Source: Octopus vulgaris (taxonomy: Eukaryota). Taken from it: a stretch of DNA of 64,000 nt. Positions 1 to 14,297 of the stretch are shown piece after piece. A program made the translations under genes and the position numbers. Each line of letters opens with the position of its first letter. Within the stretch, counting starts at the first letter, position 1. The stretch is from positions 88,598,001-88,662,000 of the forward strand of contig OX597821.1 in NCBI GenBank assembly GCA_951406725.2. The letters are read 5' to 3'. A model generated the notes under the pieces. That model did not search any database and was not told where the DNA came from. It saw only the letters and a list, made by a program, of their open reading frames with translations.

Positions 1-227
1 TTCAATATTTCCTTCCTATTTTAAACTGGAAATACAGGACTTACTTATCAGGAAATCGGTTTTTATTTACATCAAGACGATTACCGATATACTGGGTTCT
101 GCAATGGCTCGTGTATTGCTGATGGAGTTAGTAATTAGGAAACTATGTTCCATTATCTCCTGGACTCCTGAGGATAACGACAAACGAGAACCGACAATGA
201 AGTTCGTGACATTTCATATAACCTTGA

Positions 228-301
<74 letters not shown>
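228..301. repeat. (ATCT)n microsatellite
   Basis: Direct read of perfect ATCT units followed by (AC)n. Confidence 0.97.
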
Positions 302-1154
302 CACACACACATACACACACGTTTGCCTGTGTGTGTATGTGTCTGTCTGTCTCTGTGTATGTGTATATAAGCGTACATAATACAGTAAGGATTTGTATAT
401 CCACTCAACCCCCCCATTTCTGGCACACTTTGAAGTGAATATGTTCATGCATTTGGATTTCGTCTTCATAGAGCAACTTCGCCCATAAATAGACGTACGC
501 TAGGCTAGAGTGCCACTGCATATAAGAAACTCTGAGTAATACGAAGCTGTAATAACATGCTAAGAAACACTTTTAAACACCATAGTATATGTTGCAGAAC
601 TCAAATTCGCAAAAATCCGAAAATTCCAAAAAATGGAAAACTTATGACAGGGTATATGGGTTGCTTAAAGCAGAGTTCTACCTTATTTTCTTTTATTTTG
701 CACACATACTTCTACACAAACATACAAGTGCACGAATATATATATTATACATGTAAATGTGTATTTATGTATAAAACGCTACATTATGGAGTGATACTTG
801 TTTCTCTAAGAAGTGATAGTGTGATTTGATCATTATTTATAGGAAAGCGAACGATCACGTTGAGCTACTTTCGTTGGCTCTATAGTTTAGATGTTAACAT
901 AGTACAAATGGATTCTATACAAATCTATTCAACACATAAAATAGATGTTGTGTAACAGAAAAGTTTATATAAGTCTTTAAAATTGCTGCTTCTTGTTATT
1001 TTCCCTCTTATTCTTAAAACCTAAGTAGCAGGATCCAAAATAGTAGATAAGAAAATGAGATCAAATTATAGATGGATGCTGGCAGCTAATGGAACAAATT
1101 CACGTTATTTACATACATACATACATACATGTATGGATGAATAGATACATACAT

Positions 1155-1189
<35 letters not shown>

Positions 1190-1603
1190 TATAGGTATAT
1201 GTATTTATCAAAGAATTTAGCGTTTCCAAACGATCAATATCATATCTTTTATTTCTATCGTATAGAAAGTGTGTCGAAAGAATACTTAAGCTATGAGCAC
1301 AAGCAGTTTCATTTAATATCGTCTTTTAAGGTAATGTGTGTCTGCAAAAGCTGTTTGACCATCTTTTTGCTTTTCAGAATTTAGTCTCAATCAATTGTAT
1401 ATTATAACATATGATACACCACAACTCATAGAGAAACCATTACTGTATCATATTATTATATTATAAACGTACCATCTCTAATGGTTAAAGAGTGTCTTTC
1501 TCTTTATCCCGTTCTTTTTTATGTGTCTGTATGCAATTGTGCGCAAACACACATGCATATATGTATGTATATATATATATATATATACATGCATATATGT
1601 ATG

Positions 1604-1643
<40 letters not shown>

Positions 1644-2270
1644 TATATACACACATACATACATAGATACATACATACACACATATACATTTATATATAT
1701 ATATGCATATGTGCGTGTGTGTATCTTAGTGTGAGTGTCTATCTATGAAAGAGTGTGCAATTATGTGTATAGGTGTAGGTGTCAAAGAAGATTATTATTT
1801 CGAAGTGACTTTGAGCATAACCACTGATGGAAGCACGCAGTACTGAGATTGAGTTCAACATACTGTACCATGCAAATAAAGAGGCCACTTCAAATCCTAT
1901 CGATTTATCAAGCAGTGAAAGATACGCCCAGAAAAATTGTTTTATTTAAAATATAGCACCATTTATTTAGTTTGATAAGTATAAGCTGCGACGTTTTAGA
2001 TTACCATGAACTCGAGTATATCGCTTAATAATTTCCCCGTTAAATCTAATTCCCTTCTATGCGTAGTGGTTGTTATGCTATTTTGATACAATTCCCATGT
2101 ATCTGAAATTTAGTACAAAGAATATTTGCTGTACATTTAAATAGCCTTACTTTATAGTTACATGTATATTTTTTACTCAGAACATTTTTATCTGTAGTAA
2201 AATATCTAGTTTTCAGTCACTCTTAAGGATATTTATAATTTGATATGAAATATTTATATTTCAGTTGCTA

Positions 2271-2320
<50 letters not shown>

Positions 2321-2437
2321 CAAGCATGTGTATATATATATATATGTGTGTGTGTATATATATATGTATATGTATATATATATCTATATCTATCTATCGA
2401 TCTATCTATCTATATAGATATATAGTCATGTTTGGAT

Positions 2438-2496
<59 letters not shown>

Positions 2497-3260
2497 GTAT
2501 GTATGTGTGTATGTATGAATATTTATCTCAGTAAGTGAAGATGTGTGTTATTTCTGATTTCCAAAGAAGCTAAATTATTGAAACTCGGATGGTTTTAGCC
2601 GCAGTCACTAATACTGCGGAACGTCTTAATGATTTGAGAGGTGTTCACTCTAAAAGTATGTTGTCATTCGAAAACCAAGATAAAATCACCTCCGGAGAAC
2701 ATAATTCAGCATAACGGTGAAACGTATCGTGTTTAAAAGCCAACGAACTGCGGCGGCAAATGTTATCAACCCCGTGTCAACCAAAGCGCTCCAACGTGAG
2801 CTTCCTTAATCTTTGAAAGAATGAGAGCGCTGCAAACTCTCCTGTCCTCTATAAAGACTGAAAAATGGGAAAATACTGTGTAGAAGCAAGTGTTCAGTTG
2901 CTCAATGGAATAATGTCATATTCTCTGACACATCGTCATTCACTTTTTTTTTCATCATTTTGGACACCATTTGTATATCGAATATTTTGCTCACTTGTTT
3001 TTGTCTAACAATACTCTATCATTCCAGTTACCTTACTCCGTCAAAACGTAACTTGTTTTTTATTGATATCCTGGTCCTCAAAATGCTTAATAACATCACT
3101 TTTTTCCCCGATTTCTTTTTAACAGAACACATGATCCAATTGATCACTTCTAATGTGACGTCAGCAAATGGTGTCTAAAAACGTAATTACGCGGTGGTTA
3201 AAGTTGTAGATTCGTATGCCAGAGAAATGCCGTTAATTCCGATTTTAATTTATCATTTTA

Positions 3261-3390
3261 CCGAGGTCGACTTTGCTTTTCATCCTTTCGGGGTCGATAA
3301 ATTAAGTACCAGTTGCGTACTGGGGTCGATTTAATCGACTGGCCCCCTTCTCCCAAAATTTCAGGCCTTGTGCTTAGATTTGAAAAGATT
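3261..3390 (+). mobile_element. 5'-truncated SINE family A (variant tail)
   Basis: ccgaggtcgactttgc(c)tttcatcctttcggggtcgataaattaagtaccag...ggggtcgat matches full copies at 38101, 45675 and 60281; the tail ggccttgtg..tag matches the 45675 copy. Confidence 0.85.
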
Positions 3391-3415
3391 TATCATTTTT
3401 ATTATATCTTACATA

Positions 3416-3822
3416 GGCGCAGTAGTGGCTGTGTGGTAAGTAGCTTGTGAAACAACCACATGGTTCCGGGTTCAGTCCCACTGCGTGGCACCTTGGGCAA
3501 GTGCCTTCTATTATGGCCCCGGGCCGACCAAAGCCTTGTGAGTGGATTTGGGAGACGGAAACTGAGAGAAGCCTGTCGTATATATGTATATATATATATA
3601 TATATATGCGTTTGTGTGTCTGTGTTTGTCCCCTAGCATTGCTTGACAACCGATGCTGGTGTGTTTATGTTCCTGTTACTTAGCAGTTCGGCAAAAGAGA
3701 CCGATAGAATAAGTACTGGGCTTACAAAAGAATAAGTTCCGGGGTCGAGTTGCTCGATTAAAAGGTGGTGCTCCAGCATGGCCGCAGTCAAATGACTGAA
3801 ACAAGTAAAAGAGTAAAAGAGA
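3416..3822 (+). mobile_element. tRNA-derived SINE family B (CORE-like motif, internal microsatellite, LINE-like 3' tail)
   Basis: A-box-like gtggctgtgtggt, B-box-like ggttcagtccc, CORE-like accttgggcaagtg, internal (TA)n and 3' ccagcatggccgcagtc..tgactgaaac followed by (gtaaaaga)n. Related copies at 30618, 31128 and 61688. Confidence 0.88.
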
Positions 3823-3899
3823 GAGCTGAGGTGAATGCATTGTATTTTGTCATTCTACCCTCTCGTTATAAAGCATTACATTTTGCATTCCATTTTTTA

Positions 3900-6410
3900 A
3901 TGAGCAAACCTAATTAAACTGGATTGAATTGACTTGTTCCCAATACTTTGATATAAAATGGAAATACAGTATTCTGGATGTTTGCTTGTTGGAGAAAATA
4001 TACCGATGTTTACTAATGATTATTCCTTGGTAATTCGGTCTCGTATCTGTGGACGGTGGACCACCATTCTCTACCTCAGAGATAATCCAGTTTGTCGTAC
4101 GTAGTTTTCATTGATACATTGCATTTGACAACATAATTTCAATTTCTTGATGCACAAGTGAAATACATTTGTAAACCAAATGTTTGTCCTGATATAAATC
4201 CATATGTTGACTGCTCAATGATTTTGATGCTGGTTCTGAACTTCAGATCGCTACAAATTTGGACTATCGGAATTGAATTTTCCATGGGTAATAGAGCTAC
4301 TATTTTGTAAAACTTACGCTGCGTTTTACTGTAATTCTACTGTGCGTTTTCTGTATCGTTTTCTTTTTAAATTTCTGACTCTTTCATAAAAAAGGGATAT
4401 TTTGATGAATGATGGTGTACGCTTCTGCATTTCGTGAATATTGTGTCTTGCTATGTAAGGTAAAACATTGTGTCTCAAGGATGTTTTTATTATACGTAAT
4501 TCTTGGGTGTCTATCATTTTCGCACGTCCTATTCCAATATTGATTAAACTGACCGAGTAATGCCTTTCACGTAAAATACACTTCAGTTCTTGAAGTCTTT
4601 TCTCCCGGATGCCGGGATTCAATACAACTGTGCAGATTCTTCTTGCCAGGTTAAAATATTGCATATTTTTGGCTGGCAAGTATAAAATAATAAATATTGT
4701 TTTGAGTCTGTTGGTTATAAATATCGGTTTCAATATTTGTGTCCTTTTTTATGATCAAGATGTCCAAAAGAGGTATTTAAAAATTTTTCTGTTGTACATT
4801 ATTATAAAATGGGTACTGTGAATTATGTTATTTACTAGAATTAACCCATAGAATTCATCCATAGTGCGTTCACAGCATAAAACAGTCGTCTATGTAAGAT
4901 TCCAATTGGTGAATAGATAACTATAGAAGTTATTGCTGAGCATTAATTTGGAGTGTTCGTAAATTTGAACTTATAATGTGTCACATCAAGATTACAATAT
5001 GCAGGCATACTCCATGGCCATCGCACTCCCAGATATTTTTCTGAGACATTGTTATTTCCTAGGAAGAACTTTAATCATTCAATCATAAATTTCTCTCAAT
5101 GGGTTCATGTAGGACATTTCGAAAATTTTTCCTGCCATAATATAATTGCTTCTATTCCTTTTAAAAGTCTTAGTCACAAAATATGAAGTTCAGTATATAT
5201 TTGAGAATAGGTATTAGGAGTATATGAATAAAGTAATTTAGTCTATGTATTTCACAGGATGGAACTCTTCTGATTGGTCATAACTTGGGGTTTTGAATGA
5301 GATATATAAATATAAATTGAAGCTGATTCTGTACACGTTTCATGTATCTATTTGCCATAATGGATTTGGGGAATCCTTTGAAATTGCTGGTTTTACATTC
5401 AAATCTCTTTAAATAATGTCTTTCCTTCTTCATTAAAGCCTTTTGGAACTGCTTCAGGAAGGTAGATAGTCTCTATCTTTTTTTAAATTGTTTGAAATTG
5501 TTTATCTTCCATGATAGGCGTTATCAAAAAGTAGAATTAGTGCTGTAGTTTTGTAATATTTCGAGTCCATATTGACTACTGTATTACTTTTATCTGCTTC
5601 CCCAGTAACTATATTCTGATCATTATTAAGATCATTGAATTTCTTTCTTTTTTTTCTTTTTGGCTAATATTTAATTGAAATTTTGGGTGAGTTAATATAT
5701 GGAATTTTTATAAATGTTGGGACTCAAGTTTTGCCAGAGTATGATTAGATTATGTTGATTAGATTCTTTTGTCGAGCAATACTTCTTTTATGCAAAGTTT
5801 CCTATTTAATTCCGAGACATCGTTTTCTATTTAATTCACGTTGGAATTTTGTGGTGTTTGGGTGAATTATAGCACTTTAGAGAACAATGAAATTTGTTAA
5901 ATTCACAGGGTTTTGTAATAGATTTATTACATTCGGAATCTTACAGTTGGTTTGTGCCATAGAATGTTTTGAATTACTGGTCTGAAAAATGATTGCCTGA
6001 ATGTTTGGTTCAAGCCATTAATATTCCTGTTAAATATATTATTGTCATGTCTTCTGTATTAGCTTGGTTTGTCACAGGTTGTTGCTGGCGATAGGTGGAT
6101 CTCTCTAAATTTGACTTTGATGTTATAATTTTCGTGTGTTGTGTTTACTGGTGTCCTCGATTCGGAAAGGAATTGCGCCCAGACCAAAATGAAGTTTTTG
6201 TTTCTTCCAATGTAGCTATGCTTTTCTGTATCTATGATGGGAAAATGAGGGGTGTTTTGTTGTTTAAATTTTCTGTAATTCGTGGTATCACTTCGGTATT
6301 TGTGAGGCTTATACAAGCAAAATTCTGTAACTGGCTTCTGAGTGTGGGATTTGTGAATTATTTTTCCTTAAAGGACAGGTTTTCAGAACCATATTTTCAA
6401 AATTCTATTT
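3900..6410 (-). mobile_element. Degenerate Penelope-like retroelement (RT + GIY-YIG endonuclease), frameshifted
   Basis: Minus-strand translation gives EADKSNTVVNMD (about 5600), ISGSAMAM (about 5030), catalytic YIDD (4885-4896), thumb FNLARRICTVV...RLQELK (ORF 4326-4733) and ENYVRQTG..R*RMVVHRPQIRD (GIY-YIG-like, about 4040-4110). Confidence 0.85.
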
Positions 6411-7374
6411 GATAGTAACTAAACAATGATTACTTCCACTCTGCCTATATATCTCCTATATATCGCTAACGCCGTTGAGTTTCTCGCCATTTCTGTTAGT
6501 ATACACTAATCCACTCTTACCACCTCCATCCATTACAAACAAACTCACATTCCTACCTCAATTTATCCTCCACCCTACCCACAACAATCTCTCCATCGCC
6601 TACTCCCAAATCCTCCGTACACCGGCTCTGCAGTGATTACCATGAGCTAAGATCCAGTCTCAGCTCATGGCTGGCTCGCCAATTCACCCTATGTGGATAT
6701 CCACTCACCCTTATTCACATTGCCCTTACCCGGGCACGATCCGTTGACCGTGCCTCTGCTTTCTCTCCCAGAACCCGTCCCAGCCCTAACCGCATCCTTT
6801 TCCCTCTCACCTACCACACCTCTACATTACCCCTCCAACACACCATTCTCTGCTCCTTCCACCGACTCCAATCCGGCCACTCCACCTTACACATCTTCCA
6901 TAACTCACCCCTTTCCTCCTTCAAACGCGACCATAACCTCCGTGACATTTGGCCCACAGTTTCTACCCTACTCCTGCTTTACAACCAAGCTCCTCCCACT
7001 TTGAGATATCTCCGTTAGCTTTCATCAGTAGGTCTCACTGTTAGCCAAGGGTTAAACGAACGTTAGCTTCGTCATACCTGTCAATATCATTCAAAGACCT
7101 GCGCCAAAAATCTAACGATAATAGATTATACTTAAAAAATAAAGATATTATTATTATCATTAATAAATAATAACAACAATAATATAAGTGGCCATCAGGC
7201 ATTAAAGCCCAAAAAGCAAATTTGTAAATTTATCATTAATTATCAATTATTTTTGAGAGTACACGAAGTACTAGCGTTGTTAGAAATAAGCGATGAAAAA
7301 TACTCAAATAATCTACCATGTCACTGAAAATACAAGAGGCTAACGATAATCATATATATGTATGTATATATATA

Positions 7375-7445
<71 letters not shown>

Positions 7446-8059
7446 TATATATACATTTGTGTGTGTCTATCCGTCAATCCATCTGTTTCTCTGTATGTAT
7501 GTATATATCTGTAAGTGTATAGCGTACGATGTAACAAATAAAAGTTTAGAAGTATTCTTCCACCCAATGGGTAAGGGTTACTTAGGTTTATAAAAAGTTG
7601 GGGCCCTCAGCTAAGTCTTTAGATTCAACCTTCCTGCTAATCAAAATAAATATAAAGTGTGTACAGGTGATTTCTTTCTTACAATATATGGACAACTGCA
7701 TGGAAATCTGATTGTGCACAGCTAATAGTTGTACAAAATGTAAAGAGAAAATCTACGATTTCCTCCTTTGTAGCTCACTTTTCAACAACAGTATCCATAT
7801 TTTCATCTGGAATGTGAAATTTGAGTAACCATATACGAATGCCAGGTGTCATAACCGTATATACTATATATGTATGCTTGCATCTATGTATGTAAATCCT
7901 ATAAACGCCCTTATACATGCATTCGTACATGTATATATGCATATACATATATAAATTCACATATATGTATGCATATGTTATATATTACACCTTTATACGT
8001 ATATACATGCACATACGCACGCGCACAAACACATACGCACCTTCCCCATATATATATAG

Positions 8060-8240
8060 TAAATCCCCCAAAAGTGCACACAAATAAAACAACAACGTGA
8101 GGACGTCGTACATGTAAAGTATTAGCAGACGCTCAGGGAAGGAAAGGAAGATTGGTTATCGTTACGAGCAACGCTCTTCTTCAGAAGTAGAGGAAAGTCC
8201 AATAGAATGGAAGACGGAGGAAAGAAAATCGCCAACGATA
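8060..8240 (-). mobile_element. Short Penelope-type terminal fragment with degenerate hammerhead-like motif
   Basis: Minus strand CTGAAGA-a-GAGC-gtt-GCTC-GtAA-cgat (8155-8184); starts at a (TA) run; stem I is not conserved. Confidence 0.4.
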
Positions 8241-8908
8241 GACAGAGATTGGCAGATAGATAGATTGATAGATAGACAAAGATAGAAAGTTAGAAATATG
8301 AGTGAGTACGTAAAAGAGGTATATGGAAAAATGAATCATAAAATAAGTATAAAGTCTTTAATTAGCTAAATAAATTATTGTTGCTGACCAATTTCTATTA
8401 AGAATTCGTTTGAAATGTAATAGGATCGGGCAGACTCTATTTCAAATTCCTCCTTGTAATTAAACAATCTGATGTGTTCTATGTACCAGACACAAGAGGA
8501 CAATGTTGATCTCATTTAGTGTCACAAACAATATAAAATGGAATTATTCATGTAAAAATCATAAAAATCGAAGGAGCGCACAGGAATATACAAAATATGT
8601 AATGGCAAACGAAACGTGGGAAACTACATGTTGGTCTGGTTGCAGTTTATATATGTTCATCACCCAATCTTTCATCGTTCTGCATCTCGAGTATTTCTAT
8701 GTAACACAGTGGTTGACTGTGTGTTGTGTAAATCCTTATTTACGCGGTATTTCTTTTTGTTTGTTTCTCTCCTGTTTGTTTATTTGCAGACTGTCTTACC
8801 AAGAAAATGCGAAGGGATTTACGATTTCAGACATTGGCCCCTGAAGAATATATGTGCGTGTATGTGCGTGCGCGAGTGTGGCTACATGTGCGCGTATGAG
8901 TAATCGTA

Positions 8909-9671
8909 CACACACTCACACACACACGCACACACACGCACACACACACAAACATACTCACACCCACACATAATACCTACACATATATATGCATGAATGT
9001 ATATGTATATATATGTCTGTGTATATGTGTGTGTTTGTATGTATATATGTCTGTATGTATAAGTGCTTATATATATATACAAATATTTACAAACACACAC
9101 ACGCACACACACACTCACACACACACATAATACCTACATATATATATATATATGTATGAATATATGTGTATATATATGTGTGTGTTTGTATGTATATATG
9201 TCTGTATGTATAAGTGCTTATATATATATACAAATATTTACAAACACACACACGCATACACACACACACTCACACATAATACCTACATATATATATGTAT
9301 GAATATGTGTGTATATATATGCGTCTGTTTGCGTGTATATATGTATGTATGTATATGTGCTTATATATACACACAAATATTTACAAACACACACACACAC
9401 ACACATAATACCTACATATATATATATATATGTATGAATATATGTGTATATATATGTGTGTGTTTGTATGTATATATGTCTGTATGTATAAGTGCTTATA
9501 TATATATATATACAAATATTTACAAACACACACACGCACACACACACACACTCACACTCACACATAATACCTACATATATCTATGTATGAATATGTGTGT
9601 ATATATATGTGTCTGTTTGCGTGTATATATGTATGTATGTATATGTGCTTATATATACACACAAATATTTA

Positions 9672-9720
<49 letters not shown>
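8909..9720. repeat. Compound minisatellite, five ~130-160 bp units built from CA/TA/GT microsatellites
   Basis: Anchors cataatacctaca (about 8969, 9126, 9275, 9404, 9563) and acaaatatttacaaac (about 9079, 9230, 9373, 9512, 9661). Confidence 0.9.
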
Positions 9721-9760
<40 letters not shown>

Positions 9761-10114
9761 TGTTGCGTACATAACAACGTGACGCAAATGGAGAACACTA
9801 TACACACGCATATACCTATAAAAACATACACACACAAACTCCGAAGCCATTATTTCAATTTGTTAAATGATGTTTTCCAATATAGATGTGTAAAGAGTCT
9901 ATCAGTTGTTTTATTCAGTTTCGACAATAACAGTTAAAAAACTGCTCTCCAGAGACCAACTATCGTGATAAACTACAGTGTTATATCTGAATAGAATCTT
10001 TATAAACTTGCTAAATAAATTGATAAATACACATATTTATATCAGCAAAGGGAGATTCAGATACTCATAGATCTATATCATTATATCTATTGAATTGTCT
10101 CTATTTTTACTCTC

Positions 10115-10120
<6 letters not shown>

Positions 10121-10176
<56 letters not shown>
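10121..10176. repeat. (CT)n microsatellite
   Basis: Direct read. Confidence 0.97.
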
Positions 10177-10179
<3 letters not shown>

Positions 10180-10410
10180 TGTTTCTCTTTCTTCTTTTCT
10201 CACTCGCTCGTGTTTATTGTGGTTCCCCCCTCTTTCATTTCACACTCGGCGCCTCATATTTCATTGCACATCTACGCACACAGTTACACATACATACTTC
10301 AGTCCACAATTCACGCGTTTGACACATACATGCGTGCACACACACCCACACGTACAAATGTACACACACGCATATATACATGCATACATACACACTCACA
10401 CAGAGAAACA

Positions 10411-10446
<36 letters not shown>

Positions 10447-11101
10447 TATATATGTATGTATAACTGAAATTGTATAATTATAATCATAAATAATAGTAAT
10501 ATAATATTAATAATAATAATAATGATTATCATTCACCATCAACATCATCATCATCATCATCATCATTATCATCATCATCATCATCAAAACTATTATTATT
10601 AATATATTTTTGTATCGTTATTATTATTATAACAAATTACAGCATAAACTTAGAAGGATACATGCATACACTCACATTCACATATGTATGTATATATTTC
10701 GGTCTGTAAGTTAATATATAAAACTACTTGTTTGTGTGTGATTGTGTGTGTATGTGTGCATGTGAGTGAATGAATATGTGTATGTGTGTGTGTGTGTGTG
10801 TGGTTATATATAGCCAAGCATATACATGCATACCTATATATTTACTGTAAGTGCTGTTTAAATGTGGCTGATTAAAATGTATGAGAATTTCCGAGGTTCG
10901 AGATTCGCATGGTAACTTTGACCATGGGCGGTTACTACACCGACTTTGTGTGTACGATGAGATATTACTGTATTGTCGTGTATATCAATGGTACACACCT
11001 GAGAAACAGAAATCGGGACATATCTGCGCAAAAATTACTGAAGACAAACAAGCTTCTTCCTACAAGGGAAATATAAATAGATATAAGTATACTTACACAC
11101 A

Positions 11102-11360
11102 GTGGAGGCGCGTAGCTTAGTGGTTAGGGTGTTGAACTCCTGATCATAAGATTATTGTTTCGATTCTTGGAGCGGGCGATGGTTGTGTTCATGAGCAAAA
11201 CACTTCATTTCACGTGGCTCCAGTCCACTCAGTTGGCAAACATGAGCAAACCTGCGACTGACCGACGTCCCGTCCACGTGGGGAATTTCTACGCTACTGA
11301 AACTGGGAAACCGGCCCTTATGAGTCTTGCATGGCTTGAGAAGGAACATTTTTTTTTTTT
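11102..11360 (+). mobile_element. tRNA-derived SINE family C
   Basis: Head gtggaggcgcgtagcttagtggttagggt..gtttcgattct (A/B boxes), body gagcaaaacacttcatttcacg..ccagtccactcag and T-rich tail; inverted homolog at 14777-15041. Confidence 0.85.
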
Positions 11361-12139
11361 TCATATTTCCACAAACACACACACGCACACACATACACAA
11401 TTTATGTCTTGAGTGTAAAACTAGTTATTAGACTGATAATGTTGAGTATAAAGCTTCGTGTAGAGTATCATCATCCAGTGTGTTTCAGGTATACAAAGAA
11501 ATAAACTGGAGAAATTATGATAAACTCAAATGATATAAGCTTGTACTTGTCTTAAATTCTGTCTGTCTGTCATACACACATACACACATACACACACACA
11601 CACAACACACATGCACGCACACACACATAAATTTGTGTGTGTGTGTGTTCTATTCCATCTTTCCTTGCAGTATTTCAATCGTTTCAACTTCTTAAACTAG
11701 TCTTCAGAGAAATCATGAATAATTAAATAATTTAAAAGGCTTCATCTTATACTTCTCAAATTGTTCATTCCTGTTCAGGATAATCGTAAGCGCCCTGTTG
11801 AATTTAACATACGTCGGATATTCTTAACCTTTAATCGAATTTTTCTAGAGAATTCTTCAGCAACTACAATATTTCCCACAAATATTATACTAGCATTTCT
11901 AGTGTGCGTAAATTTCATCACATGTATTTTATATTTAAAATATAAAACCTCCGTATTACTTTCGAATCGATTGAATGAGTATTTTCATCAATACTCCAAA
12001 TCTTAGAGTTTTCTGCTGGTTTTATTTGTATCTGCAACTACCTAAAATACAACTTTTCATTTATGACATATACGGACTTTATTCCCAGTTATTGATGTAA
12101 TTGTTTGTTCCGAATAGATTTAAAAATTTTAACAATAAT

Positions 12140-13000
12140 CAAAAACTATATTTCGCTGTGATATTGTTTATCTGTTTTAATGAATATGGGAAGGCTTAAG
12201 TAGGAAGGAATTACAAGATTTCAAGTACTTATCAATAACAATTATGAATTCAACAAAATCACAATTAAATTGAGTAAAAAAGAGCTTCTACTTTTAGAGT
12301 GTTAAGTAGAAATGAGAATGTTAGGTTTGTTTACTTTTGTAAAGAAATGGATACATATATGTACTTAGGTAATTGATATTACTAACCTTCCATACTAAAT
12401 AACGTAACACGTTTAACTTGGAAATCTTCAACTGGGAAAACCTGAGTATTTCACTTCGCAGAGAGAAATATCAGAGTAATGTGACAAATAATCCTAAAGC
12501 CAGAGTAAAAACAATTACGATACGTGGAATAAGAAGAAACATCAATAATGATAAGATAGTTTTTTTCTTCGAAGAGTTAGAACTCTTTTCGCCGAAATAA
12601 CTTGTAGATGCATGTCTTTGCGTTAACCAATTGAATCTGTAGCTAAGAGCCATCACACGATTAAGGTTGTTCTTAAATAATTAAACATATTGGGAAGAAA
12701 AAAACCCCATTAATGTAGTATTCTCTGAAGAAACGTGTCAAGTTTACTCCAGCTATTACAAGTTGATGTGAGAGAATTCAAAAAATTAAGAGAGCATAGT
12801 CTTCGTTAATTTTGAAAACTATAACGTATATTGTAGCTATATAACACGATTTCATAAACTTTAGAGAGAAGAGCCGAGCAATTTTAAATTATGAATAATT
12901 ACACATATATTTGGAAATTTCTTAGCCCAATTTACACTTGCAGGAGAGATGATTGTCAATAACATCCGTATATCAAAAGTATTTCTAACTCTAGGTAAAG
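12140..13000 (+). mobile_element. Highly degenerate Penelope-like RT relic
   Basis: Fragmentary translations IFRCDI...IWEGLSRKELQDF, ITIKLSKKELLLLE and CKEMDT resemble PLE RT motifs (FRYIDDIF.IW, KELPFLD, YKxTDT); many stops. Boundaries approximate. Confidence 0.45.
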
Positions 13001-13271
13001 TTCAGTTACTGTGAGGAATCTATAAAGTACATCCGCCTCAAAATAATGTAATGTGTCGCATTTACTAAATAACGACTGATACCGCCTCCACAGCAGAAGG
13101 GAAGAAAACCTTAATACTCAAGGTTTCTCCAAATCTAATATGCCATTTAGAGAAAAGGACAAGCTAATTGTTTGGAGATATGAGAACCATCATGGGCATG
13201 CATTTCTTTTCTAATAGACATCATCAGCACGACATGTCCTACCTTATCTCCAGTAGTAAGAGGACTTGTAA

Positions 13272-13669
13272 TCTTTATATATAAAAGTCAAGTTGTGTGT
13301 CTGTCTCCTACGATTTAGATTCCTAACTACTCCCACATTTTGCGGTGCAGTTTAACCAAAACCGGGTATCTTATAGTCGTGATTCATATCGAGCTCTTCT
13401 GGCTATTAGCGCGCGTCTACAATGTGTCTACGATTTAAAAAAAAATTACCATCATTTTTTTCCATTTTAATGCATTTTTTTTGCTATTATATAAGGGACG
13501 TAACTCTCTAAAAATGTCTACGATGAGTCAACGATTTAAAAAAAATTTAACATCATTTTTTTTTCCATTTTTAATGCAATTTTTTGCTATTTTTTGGTTA
13601 TAACTCTCTAAAAATGCTTATATAGTTATTTCCCTTACAAACCCGAGAAACGCCGAGCGATACTGCTAG
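13272..13669 (+). mobile_element. Non-autonomous Helitron
   Basis: Begins A|TC (tctttatatataaaag), ends with subterminal hairpin cccgagaaacgccgag and CTAG|T; no TSD; internal ~85 bp duplication; second copy at 16062-16468. Confidence 0.9.
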
Positions 13670-14297
13670 TGTTAAATAAAACTGAACTAAGACAACACAG
13701 AGTTGCTTGTTGCATGTATTTGAATAACACAAACAAATACAGGCAAATCATATCTCATAAACATAATTTTTGTATTTACTAAAATTATCCACGACTGTCC
13801 TCTTATCTCAACGCCACAAGCCACTCCTTGTACCTAATTTCATATCAGTTTTAGAAGCTTCTTGATTCTTTCGATTATCTTCCTTTACAATATGAAGCTG
13901 GACTCTATCGCCATTTGGCAACTCTGACACATTCTCTAGAACTGAAAATAATTTCAATAAACCAAGCGATTTCCACGATTATGTTTCTCTAAGCTGAAGG
14001 AAAGAAGCAGTGGACGCCACTTTATGACACTTTTCATGTGCCAGAGTAATTCAGGTTTCTGTGCAGGGTTTTCTAGGTGGTATCCTCCCTAGTGGGGAGC
14101 ACTTTCGTGGTAACATTTTATAGATAAGAATTTTAAATCTTTATGCTTTTACTCGATGTAAATTCCGTTTGAATGTAATTATTTTCCACCTTTGTATGGT
14201 GGTCATTGCTTTGATCCCAAAAAAGAAATCATCATCATTATCATCATCATCACCACCACCACCACCATCAACATCATCATCATCATCATCATCCTCA

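Noticed and set aside
8909-9720. Regularly spaced repeats as a possible CRISPR-like array
   Set aside because: Eukaryotic context, intervening sequences are simple repeats rather than unique spacers, and there are no cas genes.
9152-9937. 261-aa ORF and the many other [12 protein letters not shown] ORFs in the track
   Set aside because: Translations of TA/CA/GT microsatellites.
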